Shown here: in pieces, positions 1 to 14,080 of the stretch
Numbering within the stretch: the stretch's first letter is position 1
How the letters are laid out: every line of letters begins with the position of its first letter
Origin: Octopus bimaculoides
Taxonomy: Eukaryota
Assembly: GCF_001194135.2 (NCBI RefSeq)
Contig: NC_069000.1
Location: 3,255,480 to 3,319,479 of the forward strand
DNA length: 64,000 nucleotides
Direction of reading: 5' to 3'
Position numbers and translations under genes: made by a program
The notes under the pieces: generated by a model
Seen by the model: only the letters and a program-made list of their open reading frames with translations
Database searches by the model: none
Told to the model about the DNA's origin: nothing

Positions 1-435
1 TTCAGTGATTGCATTGAAACAAATGAGGAATTAATAATGGAATAAAGCCAATATGTACGCAGCGAGGCAGAGGGAAAGAGAGATAGAGACGTAAAGAGGG
101 GGTGGGATTCATAGGGATGTCTGCGAGAGATTGAGAGTTAGAGAAAGAGGCTGACGAAATTGAGTGACAACAGAAGGTGAATGTTGTACGAGCGTTAGAG
201 AAAGGGGAAAAAAGTATAATTGTACGATAATTTGATAGCTAAAAAAAATAACTGGAACAAAATATACAGGGGGAAAAAACGGTTGAACTAGAAAGCGAAG
301 AAACAGGTCATTTAGTACAGAATGGTGGAACACAGCTATGGCTTAGATAATTTGCATATTCTTTTAAAGGAATCAAATGTGTATCATGAGACATTTATTT
401 CAATAACAAACACACAAAATTTTAAATTAAATATA

Positions 436-540
436 CAGTAGAACCTCGCAGTACGAGTGCACCAAGGTACGAATAATTTGTATACGAGCCGTATTTTTGT
501 CTTGAAGTACGAGCGTAAATCCCCAGTACGAGTACACAAA
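436..540 (+). mobile_element. Tigger/pogo-like DNA transposon or MITE, left end only
   Basis: TA followed by CAGTAGAACCTCG, a pogo/Tigger-type TIR start, then repeated GTACGAG subterminal motifs; no matching right TIR found. Confidence 0.55.
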
Positions 541-1413
541 TCTTCCCATCTTTAAGATAATCCTGTTAATAAAACCAGTTCACATTCTTTTTGCGTTCTC
601 CTTTTTTATATTAAAAAAAAAACAATATTTACAAGCCATTATTTATAAATGCTCCTTCGTGATCCATCGTCCCAAAAAGGAATTTTAAATAGAGAGACAG
701 ACAGAGAGATAGCGAGACGGAGAGAGATAGCGAGACGGAGAGAGAGAGAGAGAGATAGAGAGATAGAGAGATGACGTGCATTCATCTATTTTTGTCTACT
801 TCTGTGTTTGTGACTGTGTGTATGGAGTGTGTGTGTGTAGGCGCCTGGTTATATTGGTATCCGTTTTCTTACAAAAACGATATCAAATGTTGAATATTAG
901 TTTTGTATAGAATATAAAAACTAATTTTGTTCACTTTATACATATGAAAGTACACACACAAACACATATTTACGTACGAGTCTATGTTTGTTTGTTTGTG
1001 TTTGTGTGTGTGAGCGAAAGTATATGTATAGTATGTATATAGTGTCCGTTTCGGAGATTGTGGATGAGATGACTTTCGTGAACACATTATAAACGAGATA
1101 TGAAAGTAAACATAATTCGATCTAACAGACAACATATTGCTATCAATTGCGTTGATGGTCCATTGACTCTAAATGGTGTCCAATGAAGATCGTTTACAGT
1201 ATTAATATACGCTCGTTCAGTTTGCTCAAACACATTCATTAGTATAAAATTGAGCACAGACGGAAGACAAATTAAAAGATAAGTATATTTCAATAGAAAG
1301 ACATAGAAACAAGCCAAGGATATTTGGATTTGTATGCGTATTATACAAACATACATAAATATATATATACAAAATTTATATATACAAATATGCATGAAAT
1401 AGATATACATTCG

Positions 1414-1417
<4 letters not shown>

Positions 1418-1493
<76 letters not shown>

Positions 1494-1743
1494 TATGTAT
1501 ACATATATATAATAATATTATATAATATATTCATATATGCCAATACGTATTATATTTGTATATATTACGTATGAATTATATAGAATGTATATATTTATAT
1601 ATGTATGAGTATATATATTTATATATATATATGTATATATAATTGTAGATATATGTATATATATAATTGTATATGTACAGATATGTATATATAATTGTAG
1701 ATATATGTATATATATATGTGTGTGTGTATATAATTGTATATG

Positions 1744-1787
<44 letters not shown>

Positions 1788-1825
1788 TGTATATATATAT
1801 ATATTTGTATATACATGTATATATT

Positions 1826-1860
<35 letters not shown>

Positions 1861-2244
1861 GTATATATATNNNNNNNNNNNNNNNNNNNNNNNNNNNNNN
1901 NNNNNNNNNNNNNNNNNNNNNNNNNNNNNNNNNNNNNNNNNNNNNNNNNNNNNNNNNNNNNNNNNNNNNNNNNNNNNNNNNNNNNNNNNNNNNNNNNNNN
2001 NNNNNNNNNNNNNNNNNNNNNNNNNNNNNNNNNNNNNNNNNNNNNNNNNNNNNNNNNNNNNNNNNNNNNNNNNNNNNNNNNNNNNNNNNNNNNNNNNNNN
2101 NNNNNNNNNNNNNNNNNNNNNNNNNNNNNNNNNNNNNNNNNNNNNNNNNNNNNNNNNNNNNNNNNNNNNNNNNNNNNNNNNNNNNNNNNNNNNNNNNNNN
2201 NNNNNNNNNNNNNNNNNNNNNNNNNNNNNNNNNNNNNNNNNNNN

Positions 2245-2331
<87 letters not shown>

Positions 2332-2340
2332 GTATATATG

Positions 2341-2372
<32 letters not shown>

Positions 2373-2392
2373 TGTGTATATATATACATATA
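1418..2392. repeat. Compound (TA)n/(TATG)n microsatellite spanning an N-gap (1871-2244)
   Basis: Seen directly. Confidence 0.95.
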
Positions 2393-2677
2393 CACAAACA
2401 CACTATATATTGAATGTATTATATATATGCACGCGTAAATGCACACACTTGCATATATGGTGGGGTCTATATGTGTGTGTGTGTTTCTGTGTGCATATAA
2501 CTATGCGTTTTTAATTGAGTATTTGTGTACGTTTACATCAGTGTAAATAATTGTTATTTATTTTCATTGCATTCTATCGATCTCTGTTTACATAAGAAAT
2601 ACCGTTAAAAGAAAGGGGAACACAAACACACCACCGTATAGTTACATATAGACGTATCCTCATGTACACGCAAGCAT

Positions 2678-2679
<2 letters not shown>

Positions 2680-2719
<40 letters not shown>

Positions 2720-2734
2720 NNNNNNNNNNNNNNN

Positions 2735-2768
<34 letters not shown>
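2680..2768. repeat. (CA)n + short gap + (TA)n microsatellite
   Basis: Seen directly; Ns at 2720-2734. Confidence 0.95.
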
Positions 2769-2772
<4 letters not shown>

Positions 2773-3148
2773 CATTCTGTCTAATATAAATAGCGCTATG
2801 AATATACCCACACAATTAACAGAAACCACTATCTCAAGTACCATATTAGATTTTACGACTGTAATTTCTACATCAAAGCTGAATCATTTAATTTGATAGG
2901 TTTTTCGCTCAATCATGATAAATATTGGAGATCAGTTATGCGACCTTCTGACTATCGAGATATATATTAAATCTGCTTATTCAGACATCCACAGATAACT
3001 TTGACAGCTTATAAAATTCAGCTTTACATACATACTCATATATATATATATATACATACATATACCTACATATACACATACATATATGTATACTTATATA
3101 TATACATATATATGCATACACAAATATATACACATACATATACGTACT

Positions 3149-3335
3149 GATCCTTTATCTTTTACTCATTCCAGTAATTGGGCAGCGGGGCCATGCTGTA
3201 GCATCGGCTTCAAGAGTTTACTGAAACAACTCGTCTCCCAGCACTTATATTTTTTCAGCATGGTACTTATCCTATCGGTCTCTCCTCCGAACCCCTTACA
3301 TTACATGACCATAAACGAACAATCACCGGTGGCCC
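3149..3335 (-). mobile_element. SINE family B, 3' tail fragment
   Basis: Degenerate reverse complement of 25366-25550 (ttttactc..ccagt..gcggggccatgctg..cagcacttat..tatcggtctc..ccgaacc). Confidence 0.7.
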
Positions 3336-3579
3336 TACAGTAATTCATCCCCATATCTTGGTTGACCTATCGCGGTTTATCAGTTAAGCTTACGTCGATA
3401 CCTCCGTGTTGTTGATTTGCATTTATAATAACATAAATACATGCAAATTATAAACATAATAAATATAAGCTTATATGTACAGTTCAGTACTGTTTCTACT
3501 TCATGGATTTTTAGTTTTCGCGGGATTTTTTTGGTACGTAACACCCGCGATAGGCGTGGGATTATTGTGTGCGTGTGTG

Positions 3580-3626
<47 letters not shown>

Positions 3627-4081
3627 ACAACCCCAAATACCCTCACACTCACACAAAGATTTATACAAAAACACATGCATACATAAAGCACGGGTAAGAA
3701 ATTCTCGTTCGATACACTTATGTACACTTTTTGAGACGGCTTCTCATTAAACCGAGGAATGCTTTTTTTTACCGATAATCCATTTTTAACCAATCCAGGT
3801 TTAAGAGACTTTCATAAACAGTAACTTTGAAGAATCCCTTCATAAGTTTATCTTTGTATGTCTTATGTTTGCAGCTCGGATTTGTGATTTGTTAAATGTT
3901 TCCGACAATTTCGGAGCTGAGGATATCCAAATTCTGTGCCAATGAGATAACCTAATTAATCAATGAAATTATACATCGATAAAATATGTGTTATGCGATA
4001 TACATATACTTACATAAACATGTACACATTCATTATATAATCATCTACATACGCAGTGTGTGTGCGCGTGTGCGTGCGTGT

Positions 4082-4116
<35 letters not shown>

Positions 4117-4945
4117 TGTGTATGTGTGTGTGTGTGTGTGTGCGTGTGTATGTGTGTGTGTGTATGTATGTGTGTGTGTGGTCAAATGGTGTCGAAATTC
4201 TGGCTATGGTAACGGAAAAATAAAGAAAGCCTTTTGTAACGTTTCGGGCCTACAGCTCTTCAGTAGATAGGAATAAGAAGAAATAAAACAGAGAGAATGA
4301 AAAAAAACCCTGTAGAGTTTGGCGGTCCAACGTGGCGAATATATATATACGTGTGTGGGTGTGTGTGTGTGTGTGTGTACATGAAAAGAGATACTATAAA
4401 TAAATAGCTGTTTAGGCTGAGGATCTTCGCGTTATGTAAAACACACAATTATTGCTTCATTGTAACAATAAACAAACTCCAGCAAATCTAACGAAGCTGT
4501 ACTTGTCAGTTTAAATTACAAACTTATATCATTAGTAATATATATTTATATATATATTTACACACAGACGTACTATACTTTGAAAATGTGTTCATATATA
4601 CCAGCGCAGACACCGGCACAGGGATGCACTCAAATAACAACGCACAGATAGGAAATAATTTTTATGTCTTATTTTCTTGTCTATGAATTTCTCAATGATT
4701 TAAGAAATTACCCAGCAATAAGGCGATTTGTAGATTATGCTCCAATGAATTCCTGTACATAGATCTTTCATATTTAACACACACACATAAACATACGCAC
4801 ACACGCATATATATATGAAATGCCATTTTCATTTTTATTTCTTGTTTTGTTTCTATTCATTTCTGTGACAGAGGTTACATAGAAGTTGTGCCATACTCCA
4901 CCACATTATATTTCTCTTCATTTCTATTGCTTGCTTCTTCCTTAA

Positions 4946-4977
<32 letters not shown>

Positions 4978-5399
4978 GCTCTGCTTCTTTACCTATATGT
5001 GTGTGTCTGTGTACGTGTGTTTGTGTTTATTTTTCGTTTCAAGATAATCTGTTGGCTAAGTGGATATTCATTTGTAATATCACTCTGTGCACGCAGATGC
5101 CTTTTATCTCTTATTTGTTTCAGTCATTTGACTACGCCCACGCTGGAGTTTACACGAAACAATTGACCCAATGTTGAACTTCTTCAAGTCTGGCATTTAT
5201 CCTATCGATTTCTTATACCGAACCGCTACGTTATGATCAAGTAATCAAATCAATATCGGTCATCAAGCACAAACAAACACACACACACATACACACATTC
5301 GATGGCTTTCTTTCAGTTTCCTCTTACCAATCCCCTCACAAAATTTAGTCTTCGTAGGGCTATAGTGATAGACACTTGCCGAAATAATGAACAAGATTA

Positions 5400-5535
5400 A
5401 AAGCGGTGAGCTGACCACACACATTAGATCTTTAGAAAAAAATCGAAGCAGAATTTCTTCAATCCCGCTGCAGTCGATATTACTTCGACCCTGGAGTGAC
5501 AAAAGCCAAAGTACCAGTCAAATACTAGGGTCCAT
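5400..5535 (+). mobile_element. SINE family A, degenerate copy
   Basis: gcggtgagctg head and aaagtaccagtcaaatactagggtc core similar to 59831-60042. Confidence 0.45.
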
Positions 5536-5921
5536 ATATTCAACTAGCCCCTTCCCGCCAAATTTCAGACATTTTGTGTATAGTTAAAAAAGAGTATGAA
5601 CCCTGTTTTCCTTAACCTACACTCCATTGATGATCTAAGATTAATTAATATGATAATACTGCTGTTGTTAATCTTAATTTATATACACGTTTGTTGTGTT
5701 GGCTGTAGTTTTAATATTGGGACATGAGGTAATGTTGTTCTTGTTATAGTTGTTGCCTGATATTGTCAGTAATGTCTTCTTTGCCAAATGGTAACAACGC
5801 GAAGGTTCGTTATTTCTCGCATTACTATTGTTTATAACATTCTTACTGCCAATTTTTTTCCCTACCAGGTTCTCCTTCAATCGCATTGCAGTATTTATCT
5901 CATTAGATATTTTGGCCAATA

Positions 5922-5926
<5 letters not shown>

Positions 5927-5994
<68 letters not shown>

Positions 5995-6050
5995 AAGTGA
6001 GAGAAAGAGAGAGTGAGAGAAAGTGAGAGAGAGAGGGGGAAGATAGAGAA
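5927..6050. repeat. (GA)n microsatellite
   Basis: Seen directly. Confidence 0.95.
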
Positions 6051-6411
6051 ATAGAGCAGTGGGATGAGAGAGGGAGACCTTTACTAATGTGTGGTGGCCC
6101 TGTCTAACTCCACGTACATTTAATTTAGATCTGACTTTCATATATAACTTCATCTTGTCTCTTCTAAAGTGTGAATTAAATTCAAATGTATCTCTATGTT
6201 GTGCTACAGTAAGAGATTAGTCTTAATAATTTAATGTACAGCTAGTTAATTACAGATTTAATTAACAGAAATTAGTTATTAATTATTTAATTACTTGATG
6301 AATTAATAATAAATGAACAGTGGCTTCCATACTGAATTCATATTGCTTGATGCAACATCGGAAAGGTGCCCAGAGAGTTTAATAAATTTACAGACACGAA
6401 ACTTCGCATTA

Positions 6412-6500
6412 TATTGGTTTCAAATTTTGGGACAAGACCTGTAGCTTCGTGGGGTTAAGTTGATTTTCATCGACCGCAGGTACTCAACTTGTATTTATTT
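6412..6500 (-). mobile_element. SINE family A, 3' fragment
   Basis: tattggtttcaaattttgggacaagacc...catcgaccgcaggtactcaact matches the reverse complement of the family A tail. Confidence 0.55.
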
Positions 6501-6717
6501 TATCTTTTTCCCTCTCTCCCTCTCTCTCTCTTTTCTCTCCCCCTCTTTCTTTCTCCCTGATGCCATTTATGAATGTTCTCCGCCAAGTACTTTTCAGCCT
6601 TCCTCTCTTGACGCCCATTCAAATTCTGTTTTACAACGGCGTTCTTTCTATTGGCGACATTATGTGATCTGCTAAATTTCATGCTCGTTCTGTAATAGTT
6701 TCGGAGGTGAAGTCGAT

Positions 6718-6835
6718 TGGCTTACTATTTAGTGTATTCGGCCCACGATCGTAAGCTCTGAGTTTCGAATCCCCTCGGTGCGTTGCAAACCTCGAGCAAG
6801 ACACTTTATTTCACATAGCTAGAGTCCACTCAGGA
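6718..6835 (+). mobile_element. tRNA-headed SINE family D, 5' part
   Basis: gtattcggcccacgatcgtaag..gagtttcgaatccc (B-box-like) followed by gagcaagacactttatttcac; reverse-complement relatives at 42530-42785 and 52486-52575. Confidence 0.6.
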
Positions 6836-6856
6836 GAATCGCAAAAAGATATATAT

Positions 6857-6931
<75 letters not shown>

Positions 6932-7752
6932 TTAATGCTCATGATGGATGGAAGTATTTGGCGATTGATATTTTGACCATCTGGGAACATGCGTATACAG
7001 AGAGAGAAAGAGGGTGGGGAGGTAGAAACAGACAAACATAATAGACAGACATAGACGAACAGATAGATACACGGACAAGAAGACAAATAGATGGATAGAT
7101 AGACAGAGAGATAGACGGAGAGATAGATGTAGACAGCTGTTGTTTGTCATAGAGTGAGCACATGAGTATGTTTGTTGTCTTTCACACTTTAATATTAGTA
7201 TAAGTAAGCAATGGACAGACTGTATCTTTGAACATATGTGCCTAATAATAATGTTCCTCACCATTCCTTGTGTTTATCTCTCACACTTTTCCTCTTTCGT
7301 ATTCTACTATAATCTCTACTTCACACTATCTCCCCGCCCTCACACACACACATATACACACTTATATATATACATACACATGTATATCTATACACAAACA
7401 CATATTAAGAAAGAAAGAATGAAAGAAAGAAAGAAATTGTGTAATAAATTTAATGTTTTCTGAAATAGCTCAAAATTATCTGTAGAAACATATCTCTCCT
7501 CTACACATTTGAGGGTCACAAATTCCTGACCCTTTCATACATGTTGGCAAACGCAATCCCTGTTTACATTTCCGCTTGGATAATAAAAACCCTCTGATCA
7601 ATCTGGATATCTTGTCTCGAGATGCAGCTGTTGTGATGTGCGGGTACAAGCAAACACACACAAACGCATATCGTTATCTGTGCAAGCGTACACGTACACG
7701 TGTGGGTCCTTGTTTGTGTGTCTATACACAGATAGGCACGAACAACGTTTAA

Positions 7753-7819
<67 letters not shown>

Positions 7820-8170
7820 TATATATTCATGTGATAAGATAAAATGAGAGAAAGATATATGTACGCATACGCGTTGAAATATGTTTTTATGTGTGTACGT
7901 AATTATAAATGCCAGTTAACACATACGTGTGTCTATTTATAGCATTCATTGTTCGTATGTGTATAGAAAAAGGCCGACCAGGCAGGAGAGAGGGGGGGGG
8001 GGAGTTAACATAAAACAAAAAAAAATGAAATAAAAACGAAGACACAGAAAGAAACAACAGAATAGAGAAAATCTGAATTGGATGTCTAACGATAGTCAAA
8101 GTGAGAAACAAATAATATTTCGATTGGGACTACTAAAATGTTTCAGCCATAGCTAATTAGAAGAATTTCA

Positions 8171-8362
8171 TATTTTGGCTCAAGGCCTGACATTTTGAGG
8201 GCAGGGGATAGCCGACTGCATAGACCTCAGTGCAAAAGGGATATTTATTTCATCGACCCCGAAAGGGTCAAAGACAGAATCGTCCTCAGCGGAATATGAA
8301 CACAGAACGTAGACAGATGAAATATCGATAAGCATTTTCTCCGATTTAGCCAGCTGGCTGAT

Positions 8363-8400
<38 letters not shown>

Positions 8401-8440
8401 TCATCGCCCACCAAAGGATGAAAGTCAAAGTCGACCTCGG
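8171..8440 (-). mobile_element. SINE family A copy, (AAT)n tract and a second family A fragment
   Basis: catcgaccccgaaagggtcaaag..cagcggaatatgaacacagaacgt..cagctggc is the reverse complement of the family A head and core; (AAT)n at 8366-8400; ggatgaaagtcaaagtcgacctcgg at ~8416-8440. Confidence 0.7.
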
Positions 8441-8725
8441 TTTATTGAGTCTGTTTATACGTCCGTTATATTGGACAGATACACATTTGCTCGAAGAAAA
8501 ACTTCTGTCGTAACAAAGAACATGTTGTTTGATATAATTTTACTTATGTCTAACGAGTCTCTATTAGACCCCTAGAATTTCATTTTTACTCCACTTGGGT
8601 TAATTTACCCCGGTTTTCTGACCCGATATACAGCGTTCAAAGACTTATAATTATACCCTGTATTACAGAATATCAATATCGGTATACGCTACCCATTTTT
8701 GTTTCTTTCACAAGGGAAATTCTCT

Positions 8726-9077
8726 CAACCACATGGTTACGGGTTCAATCCCACTCTGTGGAACCTTGGGTGTCTTCTATTATAGCATCAGGCTGACCAA
8801 AGCCTGCTGAGTGGAATACGTTGACGGAAACTAAATGAAGCTCGTCGTGTATAGGTGCGTGTAAGTATTTGAGTTCGTCTCCCTACTACTGCTTCACATG
8901 CAGTGTTGGTGTGTTTATGTCCCTGTACATTTCGGTTCGGCAAAAAGAATTCGATTTAGTAAGTATGAGGCTTTAAAAAAAATTGATATGCGGTCAGTTC
9001 ATTCAACTACAAACTCGTCAAGCCAGTACCCCAGCATAGGCGCAGTCTAATGACAATAAGAGGCAAAAGGTTGAAAG
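8726..9077 (+). mobile_element. SINE family B, near full length (CORE-SINE-like head plus tail)
   Basis: gggttcaatcccactctgtggaaccttggg.. resembles the tRNA B-box plus MIR/CORE-like ACCTTGGGCAAG region; tail ggttcggcaaaaag..cagcataggcgcagtctaatgac as in 25366-25550. Confidence 0.7.
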
Positions 9078-9563
9078 ACACACATACACACACACACACG
9101 CATAGGTGCATATATATTTATAGTCAGATTCATAGTTATATTCAAGCGAGAGTAATATAGGTAGAGAGAGAGGTGAGAAGAGAGAGATGGTGGGAGAGAA
9201 CTTGAGAGAGACAGAGAGAGGGGGGTTGCGAAACAAACACAAGAAATATTACGAACTAGCAAGCAGACGAGAACATATAAATAAAGCCCCAACTATTGAC
9301 TGGAAGAGGCAAGGAATCCAAAGACATGATGGAGGAGTTGCCAGAATGAGGATTATAGAGGCCTGGGGTATCTCTAGCAGCATTTGCTTATTTGAAATTC
9401 TTTTAGTTATTTGTATGTTTATGTATTTTTTTTTTCAAGATAATTCAGATACAACAAATCTGTGTATTGGTGTGTGAGCAAGATGGGAGACAGATAAGAG
9501 ATACGAAGTGAGTTACGTAAAACGTCTGGTGCACTACAAAATATGAACGCATGCATGCACGCA

Positions 9564-9602
<39 letters not shown>

Positions 9603-10109
9603 TTATACAAACACACATACATACATCATTATATATATATGTTAATATATGTAAATACATAAATCCATGATATATACATGTGTGCGTGCGTATGTATGTA
9701 AGCATATTATAGAGGTATACATATATGCACACATATATAAACACATATACGCACATGCACACTTATACACACTCACACATACATAAATATACACACCCAT
9801 ATATACATTACGTATATATTAGAAACCTGATGAAGCATTCTTTAGTGCAACTGCAGGATATGTAATATATTATTACTTAATATTTTGGGTAGATCACCCT
9901 TCAACGGCTCATAATATACCAACAGTTACTGAATATAACTAACCAGAAGATGGCTAGTTCAGTTGATAAACTATTTACTGTTTTGTTTATTTTTACTCAT
10001 AACTTGTCAAATAATCAGCAGCGATGCTTGCAAAGAAACTAAACTAGATTGGTGCACAATCTATTTTAAGCAAAATGTAAAATGAATGACTATGTGTATG
10101 CGTATGTGC

Positions 10110-10484
10110 GTGGAGGTGCAATGGCCCAGTGGTCGTAGGATCGCGGTCGTAGGATCGCGGTTTCGATTCCCAGAGCAGACGTTGTGAGTGTTTATTGAGC
10201 GAAAACACATAACGCTCCACGAGACTCTGACAGAAGGTGGAGGCGAACCCTGCTCTACTCTTTCACCACAACTTTCACTCACTCTTTCTTCCTGTTTCTG
10301 TTGTACCTGTATTTCAAGGGGCCAGCCTTGTCACACTGTGTGTCACGCTAAATCTCCCAGAAAACTACGTTCAGTGTACACGTGTATGTGGAGTGCTCAA
10401 CTAGTTGTACGTTAGTTTCACGCCAGGCTGTTCCGTTCATCGGATCAACCGGAAACCTCGACGTCGTAACCGACGGAGTGCCAC
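10110..10484 (+). mobile_element. tRNA-derived SINE family C, near full length (~375 bp)
   Basis: A-box-like tggcccagtgg and B-box-like ggtttcgattccc; body is strongly similar to the reverse complement of 34706-35028. Confidence 0.85.
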
Positions 10485-10612
10485 GATGTGCATGTGTGTG
10501 TATATACATATGTGTTCTGAGATTGTGTGTGTGAGGGGATGTGCTTGTGTGTGTGTGTGTGTGTGTGTGTGTACATATTTTTTCAAAAGCTGAAATGCCC
10601 GACCCATCCCGC

Positions 10613-10644
<32 letters not shown>

Positions 10645-12431
10645 GTACCAACACTTATATAAATATACGTATATATAGATTCACCTATGCTTCGTGTATA
10701 TGTATATATGATTTCTACATTATTTTTCCATATGTGTTCCTCATTGTATGAGCACATGATACCATATTTCCGTTTGACGCATAAATCTACATGTATATCT
10801 TGGTAGGAAACGTATCACATGGCAAAAAAGAAAGAAAGCAAACGTGTTTAGTATATGCATCAGTGGAACCCTGTGTTAACGTGACATTACTTCCATGCAC
10901 CAAGTGAACGAATAGACATTCTCGAGAGATTCTAGATGTTTCTCCGTTCACCTCGTTGATTGGGTGCGTTGTTTCACAAACAGAATAATATATCCGTACT
11001 CAACACAAAATAACGATTACACACACACACACACGCACACGCACACACACACACACACACACACCATACCATATATGTAAACATGATGTTCCAGTGATCT
11101 TGATGAGTTGTCTGTCTTTATTTGTATCAATTAATAATTTATAATGCTGAACAGGCATAGTAGTGAAACATATATGTTTAACTGCTTGTTTTTCTTTTAC
11201 ATATAAATTTTTGCATAGTAGAAGAGATTACGAAACAGCTGTAATTATGTGAAAGTCACATTGTACTCAATCGGATCTTTGGAATTTTCAGATACACGGA
11301 TACAGTACATTACATCGATTACTACGCGGACTGCTAGCTCCATATTACNNNNNNNNNNNNNNNNNNNNNNNNNNNNNNNNNNNNNNNNNNNNNNNNNNNN
11401 NNNNNNNNNNNNNNNNNNNNNNNNNNNNNNNNNNNNNNNNNNNNNNNNNNNNNNNNNNNNNNNNNNNNNNNNNNNNNNNNNNNNNNNNNNNNNNNNNNNN
11501 NNNNNNNNNNNNNNNNNNNNNNNNNNNNNNNNNNNNNNNNNNNNNNNNNNNNNNNNNNNNNNNNNNNNNNNNNNNNNNNNATATATATATATATATATAT
11601 ATTTGATGAATAAATAGTACCAAATATTTTGATCTAATCTCCTGTTTTGATATATGCAAAATATATTTTCCAGAGTCTTCAAATTAGACGCATACCTCGA
11701 ACAAATGTACCATCATCGTACAGATTCGGTTTACTGGAATAAGCGGAGGCACATCAAGAAGGGACACCTTGGATTGTAACCCTATCTACACAATATATAT
11801 GTATATAATAGGAACACTGAATCTAGAAGCAACAATGGCTAAAAGTAATAATTTGTAAAGATCGGATTAAAAACACTTTGGATACAAATAGCCAAAGGTC
11901 ATCGGTGAAATCGAACCTATATATATATAGTAACACACACCAGTAACTCTGTGCGCTTATGTGTGTGTCTGTGAAGTGTATATACTAACCCTTCATTGCT
12001 TCATATTCTTTTTCTGTTGTTTTTCTTATCTCATTCTTTGTCCCATTTTCCCTCCAATTTCTAACATAACCCCCATCTCGCTTTCTGGTAACATTTCTAA
12101 CTGACGTAATCCTTTACTGTTTTACAGAGAACTCCCTACGGCGCAAAATATCATATATACAAGCCCCGCCAAATTTTTATCTTGTTTTTGAAGTATATCA
12201 GTCCCATGTGTATCTACATGATAGATACACGAGGCAGACAGAAGCCATAATTACGTCTTATCTTACCACTTAAAAATAATAGGCATTAAGATGTAGTTAA
12301 AAATCAGCTTTGTAATTACACGATTTCGTGTTCAATCCTATCGTACACGACTTTAAAAAATCTATCTTATTATAGCTCGCGTGATGATTAGATCTCCATA
12401 AGGGAATTTTTTGAAGGTTGCTAGAGGGATT

Positions 12432-12572
12432 TTTTTTTTTGTAACTTCATTTCCTTGTTTCAGTCAATGTACCGCGGCCAGGCTTTGGTGTCGCCTTGTA
12501 TGTGTGAGTGAGTCGAACAGATCGACCACAGCACTAATCGTTCTTTTGGACTCTGGTAGTTATTACCCCAGT
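12432..12572 (-). mobile_element. SINE family B tail fragment
   Basis: cttgtttcagtcaatgtaccgcggccagg..agtcgaacagatcgaccacagcact. Confidence 0.6.
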
Positions 12573-13115
12573 CTCTTTCATAAAATCGCTACTTTCAGAT
12601 TGCATAAGCTCTCTAGGGAAAAAAAAGGCTCGCGGTGTTAATTCCCTTCGAAATAATCCGTTCACTGAAAACCTCTTGAAGTAACGCCATGGTGATGCGC
12701 AGGATGACAAAACATTCACGGCGGAGAGACTTTTTGAACACGCTGTACACCAGACATCGGATAAAATGGCCCAACATGCATTTACTGTTACTCTACAAAT
12801 GATTCTTGTTGCTGATCATTTTATATTTGTTTATTATTATTTTGGTAAATCTAACATTTGTATGATACCCACTGATAAAAAAATGTGCTCAAATATCTCC
12901 GTGCTACAAGAGTGAATGTCAACCATTTAGATTAAAATATCGTACGCGAAATACAAATCAATTTGATTTTGTTGTATCGATCAATCACAGGCTTTAGGGA
13001 CATTTGCCATAATTGCTCACTACTTTATGTCTCTTATAAAACGGAAAAGAATGTCCGTTCCACTGAACCCACCAAACTGACACAAGGTGTAGACTCCAAG
13101 ACATTGACTTTACAC

Positions 13116-13394
13116 TGGAATTACACATAAGGGGTCACATCCACATTGAGAGAAATTATCAATACTTTATATTCTTAATCGATAAGAAGGTTACCTAAAG
13201 CATCTTCTGTGGGGTTACAGTCATCCCGAATTGGCTTTTTCTGTTCACATTTACACTACATGCTTCTACAAAGAGAAGTTCAAACCGAAAAATCAAGAAC
13301 ATCAATCAAACTCTCAAGTCTCAAAGTGCTTACAAAACCGTCAGTGATCTCCCCTTTTTGATCTCCCGACAATGAATATAAATATAAATACATG

Positions 13395-13442
<48 letters not shown>

Positions 13443-14080
13443 TCTTGGAGTTTCTAATATGCACAGTCACATAACTATACAAATGAATAGGCATGTTATG
13501 TATGTNNNNNNNNNNNNNNNNNNNNNNNNNNNNNNNNNNNNNNNNNNNNNNNNNNNNNNNNNNNNNNNNNNNNNNNNNNNNNNNNNNNNNNNNNNNNNNN
13601 NNNNNNNNNNNNNNNNNNNNNNNNNNNNNNNNNNNNNNNNNNNNNNNNNNNNNNNNNNNNNNNNNNNNNNNNNNNNNNNNNNNNNNNNNNNNNNNNNNNN
13701 NNNNNNNNNNNNNNNNNNNNNNNNNNNNNNNNNNNNNNNNNNNNNNNNNNNNNNNNNNNNNNNNNNNNNNNNNNNNNNNTGGAATTACACATAAGGGGTC
13801 ACATCCACATTGAGAGAAATTATCAATACTTTATATTCTTAATCGATAAGAAGGTTACCTAAAGCATCTTCTGTGGGGTTACAGTCATCCCGAATTGGCT
13901 TTTTCTGTTCACATTTACACTACATGCTTCTACAAAGAGAAGTTCAAACCGAAAAATCAAGAACATCAATCAAACTCTCAAGTCTCAAAGTGCTTACAAA
14001 ACCGTCAGTGATCTCCCCTTTTTGATCTCCCGACAATGAATATAAATATAAATACATGCTTTATATATATATATATATAT
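13116..14080 (+). repeat. Apparently identical ~300-bp direct duplication flanking an N-gap (13116-13416 vs 13780-14080)
   Basis: Identical by eye at an offset of 664; the second copy starts exactly at the gap edge. Confidence 0.9.

Noticed and set aside
6718-10170. tRNA-like A/B boxes at SINE heads (e.g. 6718, 8726, 10110)
   Set aside because: SINE-derived; no complete cloverleaf, so not tRNA genes
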